DNA of 64,000 bases from Paragordius varius (lineage: Eukaryota; Animalia; Nematomorpha), in the NCBI GenBank assembly GCA_964247055.1, contig OZ176054.1, forward strand, positions 5,208,001 through 5,272,000. The letters are read 5' to 3'. Below the pieces are notes generated by a model. It did not search any database and was not told the origin of the DNA. It worked only from the letters and a program-made list of their open reading frames with translations. The position numbers and the translations under genes were made by a program. Shown one piece after another: positions 50,731 to 64,000 of the stretch (position 1 is the stretch's first letter; each line of letters begins with the position of its first letter).

Positions 50731-52863
50731 TCTATATATTTATAAAAATGGAAAATGCTGGGTTTGTAATCTGTTTCCGGAAAACCGGTAGACACATTCA
50801 AATCCAAATGTCGAAAAAGTATAATCATTAATAAATGCCCCGACAATAGCTTTGCCCTTTTTTTGTAGGCCCCCAGTATTGGCCCACCCCGTGTAAAAAA
50901 CGCTTTTTTGAAAACAGAAGTCCACAAAAATCGTATCTGAGACAATTTTCTGGAAAACGTGTTAACCATTCGACTTCACATTACTTTTTCTTGATTGCAC
51001 CGAACATATTCGACTCGCTTTTTTAATTTAGCCCCACTTTTTACCCTACCACCGTAAAATGCCATTTTTTTCAAAAAATACGTCCACAAAAATAATTTTT
51101 TGAATCTATTTTTCGCCCAAAGTATGAGACCGTTAAAATTCAATGAGGATTCCAGGTATTCCCTGTGAGGCAAAAATGTTAGTCGTGCGTTTTTTTATAT
51201 TAGCTGCTGGGTAAAGAGATACCCGCTATAAACTGCGCCGCCATATTGAAATAGCGTGCCTTTGGGGCTAAATTGCAGAAAGTTTATCAAGCTATATGAG
51301 TTCAATAGCTGCTTAATAACTGCAACAGGGCAAAAATTTAGATGGTGCGGTTTTTAAAAATTAGGTGTTAATTAGGACCTTAATCCCCTGAGCGCCACCA
51401 TAGAATGATTTTTTAGTTTTGAGGCAATTTTTCCAAAAACTAGTGAGATCATATGGCAATCATGATTTCCGGTATTCTCCATAACGCAAAAATTTTAATC
51501 AAGCGCTTTTTTGTATCAGCCTCTGGGTAGGGACCAGCCGCCTAAAACTACAGCACCATATTAAAATTGCGTTGTTTAAGAGTTAATTTTAAGAAAACTT
51601 ATCAGGCCAAATAAGTTTAATAAAGGCCTGAAATATTACCCGTGACAAGGCAAAAGGTTAAGTAGAGCGGTTTAATTAAATTATCCCTTAATTAGGCCCT
51701 TGCTCTTAAAAATGCGCCACCATAGAATGACTTTTTGGTTTTAAGGCAATTTTTGGAAAATCCCATGAGAGCAAATGCAATCAATCATAATTCCAGGTAT
51801 TACCCGAATAAAGCAAAAATTTTAATCGAGCATTTTTTGTATCTGGTTAGGAGGCTATCCGCGTAAAACTGCGTCCCCATATCGATACAGCATGCCTTTG
51901 GAGCCAAATTTCAGAAAACATATGAGACTATGTGAGTTCGATTAGGGCCTAAAATATTTATTACCCCTTAAAAAACAAATATTTTAATATAGTTTATTTC
52001 AATGAGTCGCTAAGTAAACTTCGCCCTAAAAAATGCGCCGCCATAGAACATTTTTTTAATTTTGAAGTATTTCCAAAAACTTATAGAAACATATGAAATC
52101 CATGATAATTCCAGATATTCCCTATATGAAGGCAAAAAATTTTCCCAACGCTTTCTTTATACCTGCCCCTGCACAAGAAGCTACCCGCCAAAGCTGCGCC
52201 ACTATATAGAAATTGCGTTGTTTTGGAGCTCATTTACAGAATATTTATGAAGCCATATATGCTCATCAAAAGCTTGAAATATTACCCGGAAGGTAAAATT
52301 AAGGTCAGGCGTTTTTATATTAGCCGTTAATTTGGGCCTTTATGCCCTAAAAATACGCTATTATATAACGATTATTTAGTGTTGAGGTATTTTTCGAATA
52401 ACCCATGAGGCGATGGTATCAAGTTGCCCTATAAATGCAAAGAATTTAATTCAGCGCTTTTTCTATATAGGCTATGGGTAGGGGTTTACCGGTTTAAAAC
52501 TGGGACGCCATAAAAAATGACATGGCTTTGAAGCTAATTTTTAAATACTTTAGAAGACACACGAGCTCAATAAAGGCTTTAAATATTTACCATAAAAAGG
52601 TAAAAATTATGGTATAGCGGTTTTTTCCATTAGCCGTCAATTTGGGGCCTTCACAGCAGTAAACAATATATTAGTATGAATGCACAGTTTTGAAAACTCT
52701 ATGAAGTACCGTTTTGGAAATCCTATGAGATCATAACTATTGAATAATGTTTCGAAATAATCCACATATATGGATCACATATGTTGATCCTTTTTTCAAA
52801 TAGCACCCCCCCCCCCCCCTCACAGAACGAAAGACTTCCTCGGCGGCACGATATTTACGCTAG
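50731..52863 (+). mobile_element. Non-autonomous Helitron (2133 bp) with internal array of ~9 units of ~160 bp
   Basis: A|TCTATATATTTATAAAAATGG start and ...ACGCTAG|T end. Unit motif AAAA(C/A)TGCGCC(A/G)CCAT recurs near 51230, 51390, 51545, 51708, 51865, 52028, 52190, 52350 and 52497. Confidence 0.87.
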
Positions 52864-53141
52864 TAATTAAATAAAGATAGAAAAAAATTTAAATTTAACA
52901 TTTTATTGTTTTTTTCATACACTACTGTGTTACCAATCAAGCAAATATTATGTGAATAGGCCAGCATAAATGTGCATACTGTATATTAGCAAATACTTTC
53001 GTTATAATAGTTAGCTACTTCATTTATTATAATGATATACGCATGATATATATTTGATTTTGACTTTAATGGTAATATTGTCATTTTTTGAACTCGAAAA
53101 CCCCGTTAACAAATATCAATCAGATTTTTAATATTTTAGTT

Positions 53142-53317
53142 CAGGTGTGTCTAGCACAAAATTTTCGCGGCTGCTTTGATAATTTTTGGTTTTATTATTT
53201 ATTTTGAGTCGAATTTTAGATCTTATATCCTAAAATAATCATAGGTAATTCCATTTTTTTTATTTTTAATATTTTTTAAACTTTTGCGTACAGAAAAAAA
53301 CATGTTGGACATCCCTG
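53142..53317. mobile_element. Short hAT-like MITE (176 bp) with 8-bp TSD
   Basis: CAGGTGTGTCTAGCA ... TGTTGGACATCCCTG, with flanks TTTTAGTT / CTTTAGTT. It has the same terminus as 18338-18693. Confidence 0.7.
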
Positions 53318-55871
53318 CTTTAGTTAATTAATAGTTAGTAATCTGATTTAATGGTATCAAATAATTAATGGGGTAGATTGGAATTTGACACACCTTAATC
53401 AAAATTTTACAATTTTTTCTACCATATTAGAGTAGTATGTATTTATGAGAAAAAATAATCGTTTTATAAGGTCTAATAAAATATAATATATTTTAAAATA
53501 AAAAGTGATATAATATATGTCAATCCTAATTTGAGTCTAAGTAATGTAGCCGTATGTAAAACCTCTTTTAATACAAAAAACCAGATATATAAACTCAGTG
53601 TGATTTCAAAATTTTTATACCACAAAATAGAATCCAAATATTTTAGATTATATTTAAGTCTCTGGAATCTAAAGTGGAACAAATCACAATTTTTAACGTG
53701 CGAATTTCGGCAAAAATTTTCATTTCCGATATTTGTCTAATATTTTTTTGTTTTTTGATTCAATATATGATGAATAGATGAATCATATATAACTTTCTAT
53801 AGTTAAAACAATTGTGAAGCGTCCATTTGCGGAGAAAGTCGCTAAAATTAATTAACAACCTCCTTTTTACAACAAATCCTCTCCAATAATAAAACTAATT
53901 TTGCATATGAATAAAACCACGCAATTTGAATATAAAATAATATTAATTTACCTTAATTACCTTGATTACATTAATAAAAAATCACTTTTTTGGAGGAGGA
54001 AACATAGAGAGGAGAATAATATTTTCTTATTCCCAGTTGATTAAAAAATCACAGATAAGTGTTATTTCATTTCAGCCTACTACATCATAAAATCAAATAT
54101 GAACTATATAAGTAATTGTATATATTATGTATACGAAAAAAATAAGATTTTAATTACATCTAACATAATAAGATGAGATATTACAAATCGAATTTATATA
54201 TAAAAATATTCATAAATTTGCAATAGTATATAAATTAATTCCGGAAACTTTATATTTTTATAAACCTATATGTAATAATTTCAGAAACGGCAACTTATTA
54301 CCCTTTCAAAGTCAATTATGTAATAATTGTCTTATAAAATAAAAAAAATATTTAGGATTGTGTCAGTAACATAGGGAGGGGGAGACGAAAGAGACACTTT
54401 TTGATTAGTTTAGGAAATACATTACAATATGATATTAATTGTGAATTTCCGATAAATTGTAATGCTGTACCAAACTAGTAAAAAAACTTGAAAGTTATTA
54501 ACCAAAAACAAACTTAAATAAAAAAAATTGTAAAATCCCTAAAATTTATGGACTTAGTTTTAACACCATAGCGTGAATCGTTTTTTTATGCCTAAACCAA
54601 TATACTTTTGTCGCACAAATTATGTGCTGTTTCTTTTTATAACCGAAAACGACAATGAACTTTGTCAAATTTTATGGAATGAAGAATATAGTAAATATTT
54701 ATAAATCAAATAAAAACGGTTCTTTTATTCTCTAAAACATCAAAAGTTTAAGTTTGACAAAAAGGGAAATGTAATGTCCTGTGACCGAATATAGTACGGG
54801 AGAGGATACATAACCTAAATTGAGATTTTATAAACCACCAAGGTGTGTAAAATAGCACATAGCTATCAAATTTTCCGCATGAAAAACATGGTAAAATTTA
54901 AAAAAAAATATTAAAAAATTAATCTTCATTGAGGATTCTATGCATAAACACAAAATTTATATATTTAATTAAATTCTCCATGTTACTTAATTCATAAATA
55001 ATTTATAACGGGAAGAAAAAATGACCAGGCCCATATTCTCCTTTTTTAACAAGCAAACGATATATAAAAGAAGCACTATAAATGCTCGGACCCAAAAATT
55101 AATTTGGCCTCTTTTGCCGATAATTGGAATTTATTTTGATTTCATTATTATAGTACTTTCATACAATATCAATAATATAATTAATGAAAAAAATAATGAT
55201 TTCACTAAACAGTTTAATTCCATTTTCAATTTTTTTTACTATTAAGTTTAATGTTTTAAACACTACATAATTGATTAAAATTTAATTTAAAATGTAAAAA
55301 AATTAACTCTAAAATTTTTAACGTGGGTTATTATAAATACATGTCACTCAAAAATATTTGACATGTCATATACAGGTAGTAACAACAATGTTTCATATAA
55401 GTATACATATATTTATATACTAATTTGTCTCTTTGTTTTTATACTCTGGTAGATGAAAATGAATATATCGGCAAATATACGTCAGTCAAGAAAAAATAAT
55501 CAAAATATTAAAACAAATATATCTAGATAATTAATTAACTTATTTTTCTAGATACTTGCTAGTTTTTTTATAAAAAAATACGGTAAAGTTCATTTTTCAA
55601 ATTCCAAAAGATCCATATCGGTTAACCATTTTTATTACTATTACTAATATAAACTGGATATTTTACCCATTCGAAACAGTTGACCAAAAGATTTCTTCTC
55701 GCTATATAATTCGGTCGCTATATATATATACTAATAAAAACAATACAAAATTTTCATATATAGTTGTGAAGAGACTCCATTTTTGGCATACGAGCAAGCT
55801 AAGCTAAACTAAGCTTCCCAACTATTTCTCGTATATAATTGAGTTTTCAACAGCTCTTCTCTAAAAGTAGC

Positions 55872-58800
55872 ATGGAGTTAGTGAACTTCACACCATCTTA
55901 CAATAATAACATACAAACTACCAATAATAATAATAATAATATTATTATTGAAAATATTTATACCGAAAAAAATTCGAATAGCGATACTACTCAAAATCTT
56001 ACATGCCATCTCCCAGATAATAATGACTCATCGTTATTGTGTAAAAGTATTGGCGTATATTCCACCCAAAGTTTAAATCCAAAGCTGTCAGCTGATGAAA
56101 ATGATCACAGAATTGATAACATAATATCGGCAAATTGTAACTCCGATCCCAACTACCTTCCTCAAGAGCATAAATGGGCTCAAAACGAAATCAATTTTTA
56201 CACATCAGCCACCCATGCTCACATTCATAACAGGGATGAAATCTTAAATGATAATAGTACGATTACGTATTTCCCTGACATAAATAACCCTCCCTGTCCA
56301 ACAATCAGAAATCTATCTGAAAATCGCAATGTAAATAATTCATCATCATTAATATATGAAGGAAATGAGTATGAGGAAGGGAGAAAACATCGGTTTAATA
56401 TACATAATCTTATGGTGGATGTTTCTTCCCCAACAAATGTTATAAACACTGAGTATAGTGTCGAACAAACCCCTGCACCGCAACAAAGTTATTTGCCCAA
56501 AAACTGTACCTTTGATTACAATCAGTATATCCATCGAATAAATAACCCGCTAAATTATTACAATAGCATTGATGTGCAACATCATCAACCGCTAAGCAAT
56601 GGAGAAAACGTGTCACCAGTATTTCATCCGGAGGAAAATATAAATTTTAATGAGACGCCACAAAATTTAAGGCATAATTCACCAATCGAACCTCCTGTAT
56701 CCACTGAAGTCATAACGGATTGGTCTGAATCGAAAGACATAAAAATAGAATTGTTGGAAGATAATTTATGGACTAAATTTCACAGCTTAATCAACGAAAT
56801 GATTGTTACAAAAAACGGAAGGTAAACTATAGTAATTATAATAATTTTATATTTGTACATTACCCACCCCAAAAATGTCTTATTAAGTCTATATATATTA
56901 TATAATTTTAGGAGAATGTTTCCAATCCTTAAAGTAAGGGTCAAAGGCTTAGAACCAGAGTCTATGTATTCCATTCTGTTAGATTTTGTGCAATTAGATG
57001 AACATCGTTGGAAGTATATAAGGGGTGAATGGATACCAGGGGGTAAACCTGAGCCCTTAATTCCATCTATATATCTGCATCCAGATTCACCCAATTTCGG
57101 TTCTCATTGGGTTAAAGAACCTTTTACATTCAGTAAGGTCAAACTCACCAATAAATCAAACGGCGGTGGTCAGGTATCAACAAGATTAATTTTTTATAAC
57201 ATCATCGTACTTATACTTACTGCACTTATCATTTTTTATAAAAGTGTTTACCGTTTTTAGAGTTTCTTCCTTATGATTGTAATGCTGTAATTTTTTTAAG
57301 TTTGTAGAGACGATTAGAAGATATAGAATGAAAATAATGATATTATAAATCAATAAATTTTAGCGTTCAGTATCTCTTGTCTTTACTAATGCGCACCTTT
57401 TTTAACTAATAAAGAAGCTTTAATGGCATAATTCCCCATAGACTTTTGTTGTATTAAAGATTTTAGCTTACCGGCACGATTTACAAATTATAAATTAGCA
57501 TTTAAATTCTAATTAAAATATTGCATTTTAGAAGTGATTGCAAAGTCTCTTAGCAGTAAAATGTTGTAATTAGATAGGGATAGATTGTATCAATATTACT
57601 TAATATGGGACACAATATTGTATGTTTATTCAAAAATATAATTTACAGTGTTCAACACGTAACCCTTCAAAATATTTTTGCGGCCCATGATAAAATTTAA
57701 TTACAAAATTTTACGAAACCTAAGTAAAATTGAATTTGTTAAACAAACTTTCTGAATTAATCCATCCAAATTTTGGCAATGAGAACTAGCATAAAATGTT
57801 AAATAAAGTTTTTACAGTCTTAAATGTGATAAAATACTTGCTAATGCCCATGTATTTTATGAATATGGCCGTGTTAAACACCTCTGATTTAAACTATTAA
57901 ATCATGTACAATTTCTTTCAATCCTTATAACATGATGCTTATTGAAACACCCATTAATAACTACATATATTTTAACGCTTATTTAGATAATCTTAAATTC
58001 TTTGCACAAGTATGAACCCAGGATTCATGTTGTAAAATTTGGAAATAAAAATGAAAAAACTACGGTAGCTGTAAAAACCTTTCCAACCGCAGCTTTCATA
58101 GCAGTTACCGCCTATCAGAATGAAGAGGTCTCTTTATATTTTTAACTCGGCTTTTATAAGTATATTAGATATTTTATATTCAAAAAATGCCGAAAGTATT
58201 GCATTTTAATAAATTAATGACAAATTATTTATTATTAATGTTTAGGTGAATCATTTTTAATGGGCATAAAAATACTATTATCCTCCACAAATTTTAAGGT
58301 CGTAAAAAGACATCATGTGAATGATGACATAATTCGAATTATGCATAAAATAAAGACTAGACACTAACTATTAATAATAATTTATTAAGAAATTAAGTTC
58401 CTTATTGACTCATTCTTACAAAACAAGCTAAGTTTTAACATGTATCCTACGTAAATTAACAGCTAAATTTTTTAATTTTATGAGTATTTGAGTAATATCT
58501 TAACAAGGCCAAAAAAAGTTAAAGCTATAACTGTAATTCGGCAATTTTTACCTTTATGTTTGTTTTTACCTTAATAAAAAAAGATAAGCTTCTAAAATTA
58601 TTTTATGGCATTTAATTTTAATTTCACTTCTTTAATTGTAATGATTTCAATTAATGTCAATATATGTTTTGATGTGTGCGTTTGTATGTTTATGTTTAAA
58701 AATTCAAATTTTAGCTATTAAATTATTATTATTATAATCTACATTTATGATTTTTACAATCATTATTTTTATTATTGAATTTAGCAATGCTAACGAAACC

Positions 58801-61012
58801 AAAAACACTTTGAACTTTTTAAAGATCCGTATTAATTTTATTATTTTACATTTATTTTGTTTGAATGTTACAAGCGGCAACCACCGACTTAAAATATTAT
58901 ATGGTTGTAGATATTTAAATAATTTTATTAGTTTTTTTGGAAAAAATATATATGGGATATTTTAAATGCATATTAACATTTAAAAATTAATTAAATTACT
59001 TGCAGATAACTTCTTTGAAAATTAAGTTCAACCCATTTGCCAAAGCTTTTTTGGACAACAAAGAAAAGGTGTACCATTCAAGCGGCGATGAGAATGATAT
59101 GGGAGCTATTGGTACGCATATATGATTTATAACGATTATCAAAACTAATGGATTTATTAGCCTACAGTTTATTATAGTTTTCCAATCTAGATTTTTAATT
59201 AATAAAGAGAACAATATTTTTCACCTATTAATAGAAAACGCATGGATGTACGAAATGAAAAACAATAATTATTGTAAAACTACAAAAAATGATTCAGGTA
59301 ACAACATTAGCAGTTCATCATCGGGTTCGGTAGAAGGATCACCCAATAACAACAACAATATGCAGGAAAAGAAATGCCGTAAAAGATTGTATGAAGAAAC
59401 ATTTTCTGGTGCAGATGATACCACCAACACGTATCGCCACAACACTAGTATCTTAAAAAGACGTTTGAACGAACATATAGGTTAGTTAACATTTAGTGTG
59501 TGTCAAACTAGGTATTTTAACACAATTTATAATAAAGAGGGTAAATTAACCAGAAGGCTTATATAGATATAAATAATTTGCAAGGGAATAGGACAAAAAT
59601 ACCATTTTCCAATTGGTCTACATACAATGGAAATCGTACTTCCACTGTTAATTTTTAAATAATAACATTAAGTGGGAATATGCATTTTATTATAATTTTA
59701 TCCTGGGTTAATTAGAAAAAAATATAAATTAGGTAAGAGATATAATTCCCTTTAACATAAAAGTAATTCAATGTTTCTATAAAACTATAGTATGTGCCCC
59801 GCTCTGTGCAATTTACCCAAAAAAAATTTCTTTATATATGTATATATATATATATATATATATGATACCACATAATTGTATTTCATGATCCAAATTTAAA
59901 GATAAGCGGGTTTTCGATCCAAATCATTGCTAGTTTTTTAAATTTTTCTATATAAAATATAAGGCCTTAATTAACTGTAATTTGCGGTTGATAATTTTAT
60001 ATGGGAGAAAGTGAAAATAAAAATGACTAACGTGGTTTACCAAATTATATATATTATTAGTTCGAAATGTCGAAAAATAATGCAATATTTGATTCGGATA
60101 AATAGCAGAAAAATGATTTTTTCGAATAAATTAACCGTATTTATCTCTCTAATATTTGTTTTATAAAGGTATCAACTATCGGTGTTGAACAAACTAACAT
60201 TTATTTTAACATATTACTTAAAATTATTTCTTAACCAAATTCAAATTTTAAGTTTTCATTTTTTGTTACTATATATCAAATTGGTATTTTGTTTTCTAGA
60301 CTATTCGAAAATGAATACAAATACTAATGCATTGATACACAACAATATGTATAATCTTGAAATGGATAATCAGGATCATCATTTGAACAAAGCATCCCCT
60401 ATTTATTCGGAAAATGATATCAAAAATTATTACAAAATAAACGACACGTTGGGGACTGATTTAGCAACTAGCAAAAGCAGCGAACCCCTCTTCATATCCA
60501 AAGGATATTATGATCCATTCTTTGAAAGTATCAAACAAAATCAAATATTCTCAAATCTTATGGAAAATAACTGGGCGGAAAAAAGTCATCACGGTTGTTA
60601 TTCGTTTCCTTTAAGAAGTCAATTTTTGGTGCAGGATTCAACCCCGCTATCCTCCTTATTTCCACCCACATACAATTGGACTAACCCCCAAGTTATTTCA
60701 AATGATAAAACTCATTATGCACACGATCCTAGTTTATCATTTTGGATGCCAGCAAATTTGGACATTAAACAACAGCAACAGGCGGCCTATTATCCTGTCG
60801 TCAATTCTAGCATTGATTCTATATCACAGGCTGAACAGACGACACCTCATCAGTTACTTCAACATCCATATTACATAAATTATGATCCTTGGTGTGGTCC
60901 TTCTTTGGAGGATAGGAATAGCGGTCCACGTGTAATGGGAGAAAGTGGCCAAAATTTAATTTTATCGAATCCGTCGTCTGGAAACAAGACCAATGGTGAG
61001 GACAAAAATTAA
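55872..61012 (+). CDS. TBXT: Brachyury (T) T-box transcription factor, ~805 aa; exons 55872-56821, 56912-57173, 57987-58127, 59006-59111, 59235-59480, 60300-61012
   Basis: T-box: [23 protein letters not shown]...[18 protein letters not shown]...[13 protein letters not shown]...[29 protein letters not shown]...[39 protein letters not shown] and HKYEPR are Brachyury-subfamily signatures. The six exons sum to 2418 nt in frame. Confidence 0.93.
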
Positions 61013-62401
61013 GATGTAAATAAAAACTACAACTTCATCATCAGAAAAAACGTAGAATTTTGTTGTGCACAAAAAACACTATATATTATATAATTGGGCA
61101 TAAATTTTATATTATTGTATTTAATAAATCCAAACATTGTTATCTAAATTCTTAGATACTTTTCTAGAAAAATTGTAAATTAGTTCTTAGCCTAATGAAC
61201 AATTAATTGTATAGTTTTAAAAAATAGTTTTACAATTATTCATCGCCATTTAAATATATACGTTGTAAAGCCATATTGCATAGTTAGACGTTTCCACATC
61301 GTGATGCATGTAATTTATATGTTAAATCTTCCTAGACAAAATCAGAACATCCCTTAAAATAATAAAAATAACTTTCTTTAAAATATAAATATATTTAATA
61401 GTTATGTGGGAGTCAACCATTCATTACCATTTAAGATTACCAGACCGATTTTCTTTAATTGGGCCTTTTAGGCGCATAATTCAAATTTTTTTTGTAAAGG
61501 TGAAATTATGAAAAAATCTTCATCAAACGCTTTTAACCGCCATTTTTATTTGAATTTTAAATATATTAAAGCAACATTGCAAATTAATCTATATGACAAA
61601 TAAACGTAAATAAGTTTACAAACGGAAACATTTAAATTTTTGATATTTATTAATTCTAAAGTCAGTTGTGATTACCAACCGGGTTTTGATATAGGATTTC
61701 TTATTCCAGAGGTCAAAACTCTGCAATGACATTTTTTTACCAAATACAGTAGAATGATGATTGATAATTTAATTTCAAATAAACATTAAAATAATAGTTT
61801 ATATACAAGTTTAAGCTCGGGGGTATCATACCCTAAAATGTAATAAAAATTCATTTTGACCTTATAGTTATGTTGAGAATCAAAAATTTGAATATACCAT
61901 TTACGCAAATTCACCTTGAACAATCCAAATTCCTCGAACAATTCGAATTCGCCCTAAAATAAATTATCTGTTTTCGGGCTAATATAACTTATCATTAATA
62001 AGAAATATAATCTTATGGCATAGCGTATTATTTTTTCAGTATTGTAAACGTATTTCATTCTTAAAAAACATATGAATTATTTTAGGGTGAATTTGAACTT
62101 AAATGGTATATTTAATAAGTTAGATATTAATACAAACTAAAAAATATGCTTATAGCTTAGGCTCATTTTTAAATATTTTTAGAAAGATGTAAATTTTAAA
62201 AACTCATTAACCTTTTGTAGCCATTAATTATTCTATTTTGTAACGTCAATAAAACAAGCAAATATATTATGTATAAAAAAATTAATAATTATCTTTATAA
62301 AGAATTCAGAAATATTATTAGCAGCATATTCGTATTTATTGATTTTAAAATCAGCTGTTCATGAGTGTAGCTATGATGATTATTAATACGTTAGTTATTA
62401 A

Positions 62402-62964
62402 CACTTGGATACAACACATCCATTTCAGTCCTTCGATTCAATTAGGGTAGTTGGATACCCCAGGCCTGTTTAAAATCAAATTCTTTAAAAAACATGGCAG
62501 GAATCGAAACCTTGGCAAAATTTTTCACTTATATTACATTAATAAACCGAAATATATTAAAAAATTTAATTAAAAATACCTGATATTACTTATTTTCTAA
62601 AACTGAAAGGTAAAAATTTAGTCAACGTGACATGTGTGCATTTGCTATATTTAAAAATAATGAAAAATAAATTATTATTTGTATTTCTATCAATGTTAGA
62701 TGTAATTTAGATAAAAAATTAGCTTCTTCCCTTAAAATTAAAAGAAGACAATATTTTGTAAAAATTTTAAATAAAAATGGCGTCGAAGTAGTTTGACATA
62801 GAATTTTTTTTCAAACCAAATTTTATTTAGACATTTTCGCATATTCATATAATTTTTATTAGGATAAAAGCATAAATTTAAATTGCCGTTTCCTTCAATA
62901 GTTTTTTACAAATCTTAACTTTAATTTAGTCTGGGGTGTTTAGATACCAATTTGAATCGAAGTG
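62402..62964 (+). mobile_element. Complete piggyBac-like MITE (563 bp) with TTAA TSD
   Basis: TTAA|CACTTGGATAC ... TTTGAATCGAAGTG|TTAA. The right end is complementary to a subterminal block at the left end (CTTCGATTCAA...CCCCAG). Confidence 0.8.
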
Positions 62965-63124
62965 TTAAAAAAGAGTACAATAACAATGTTTGAGAGTTAT
63001 TTAAAAAAGAAGTATCTAAGATATGTGGTTCAAAACTACCAAAAAAATTAAATCGTAAATAAGTAAATGCATAAATAATAATAAAATGCACATCAACTCC
63101 AGATAGTTTATTATTTCACTTTAA

Positions 63125-63660
63125 CACTTGGATACAACAAATCATTTTAGTCCTTCGATTCAAATTGGGGTAGTAAAATACCCCAGGCCTGTTTTAAATT
63201 AAATTCTATATAAAATGTGGAAGGAATCTACATGACAAAATTTTGCACTTATATAACATTAATAAACTGAAATATATAAAAAAATTTATTCAAAAAGATA
63301 TAACTTATTTTAAGCTAAAACCGAAAGGTAAAAATGTCAACGTGACACGTGAATGGTAAAATTGAAAAATAATACAAAATGAACGGCTTCTTCTATTTCT
63401 ATCAATTTTAGATGGAATTTAAATAAAAAATTAGCTTTCATTTTACACTTAAAATTAAAAGAAGGCGATATTTTGCAAAATATAAATAGCGTCGAAGTAG
63501 TTTGACATGGAACTTTTTTTCAAAAAAAAATTTTATTATTTATAAAATTTTTATTAGGATAGAAGCATAAGTTTAAATTGGATCCGTTTCCTTCAGTAGT
63601 TTTTAAAAATTCTAACTCAAATTTAGTCTGGGGTATTTAGATGCCCCAATTTGAATCGAA
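63125..63660 (+). mobile_element. Second copy of the same piggyBac-like MITE with the right terminus eroded
   Basis: TTAA|CACTTGGATACAAC start, colinear with 62402-62964, ending at TTTGAATCGAA without AAGTG-TTAA. Confidence 0.75.
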
Positions 63661-64000
63661 TTATTAATTATGATTGAGGAAACTAGTGACACTAGAGTTT
63701 ACTTAAATTTATAAAAAAACTACTAAAGGATTTCAATTCAAATTTACACTTCTATCTCTGTAAAATTATATAAGCCATAATATATAGATGAAATTTATTT
63801 ATGAGAAACTTATATCAATCAATTTCGGAAGTTATCGTGCTTTTTTTCTGACACTAAAATTTAAATTAATTTCTATTACATCACATCATAATTTTTATCT
63901 GAAAAAAGGTTTATTTGGAATTACTTTTATGTTTAGCTGATGGACAATGTTTGTTAGCTAAATTTCAACCTCTTTATCCATAAAATAAGAAGTATCAAGT

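Noticed and set aside
51120-52650. CRISPR-like array
   Set aside because: The units are ~160-bp degenerate tandem repeats without unique spacers, inside a eukaryotic Helitron.
54300-55440. TCF/LEF-like sites (TTCAAAG, CTTTGTT) upstream of Brachyury
   Set aside because: These are expected by chance in very AT-rich DNA.
61015-61045. Minus-strand CTGATGA as a second hammerhead
   Set aside because: No stem II or downstream GAAA core.

Overview
Very AT-rich, intron-containing animal genomic DNA, probably from an invertebrate bilaterian; the species cannot be determined from sequence alone. I reconstructed six spliced protein-coding genes by hand: ORC2 (-), WDR12/YTM1 (+), RPS2 (-), an alpha-1,3-fucosyltransferase of family GT10 (-), a still life/Tiam-type multidomain RhoGEF (+, about 17 kb) and Brachyury (+). 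Much of the intronic and intergenic space is transposon-derived: a near-complete BovB/RTE-like LINE, decayed RTE fragments, three non-autonomous Helitrons (two with ~160-bp tandem arrays), hAT-, piggyBac- and Tc1/pogo-like MITEs, and a 208-bp hammerhead-ribozyme retroelement with a 17-bp target-site duplication. The most striking observation is at about 5.1-6.1 kb. ORC2 and WDR12 start head-to-head with only 34 bp between their ATGs, and their first seven introns are 21-31-nt GT-AG microintrons, each needed to keep the reading frame. Every other intron I could delimit in the window is 62 nt to several kb. Other highlights are a SIF/Tiam DH domain lacking key catalytic residues, a sense-strand intronic hammerhead, and an N-terminally truncated ORC2. 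All exon structures are manual reconstructions from homology and splice signals, without RNA evidence.
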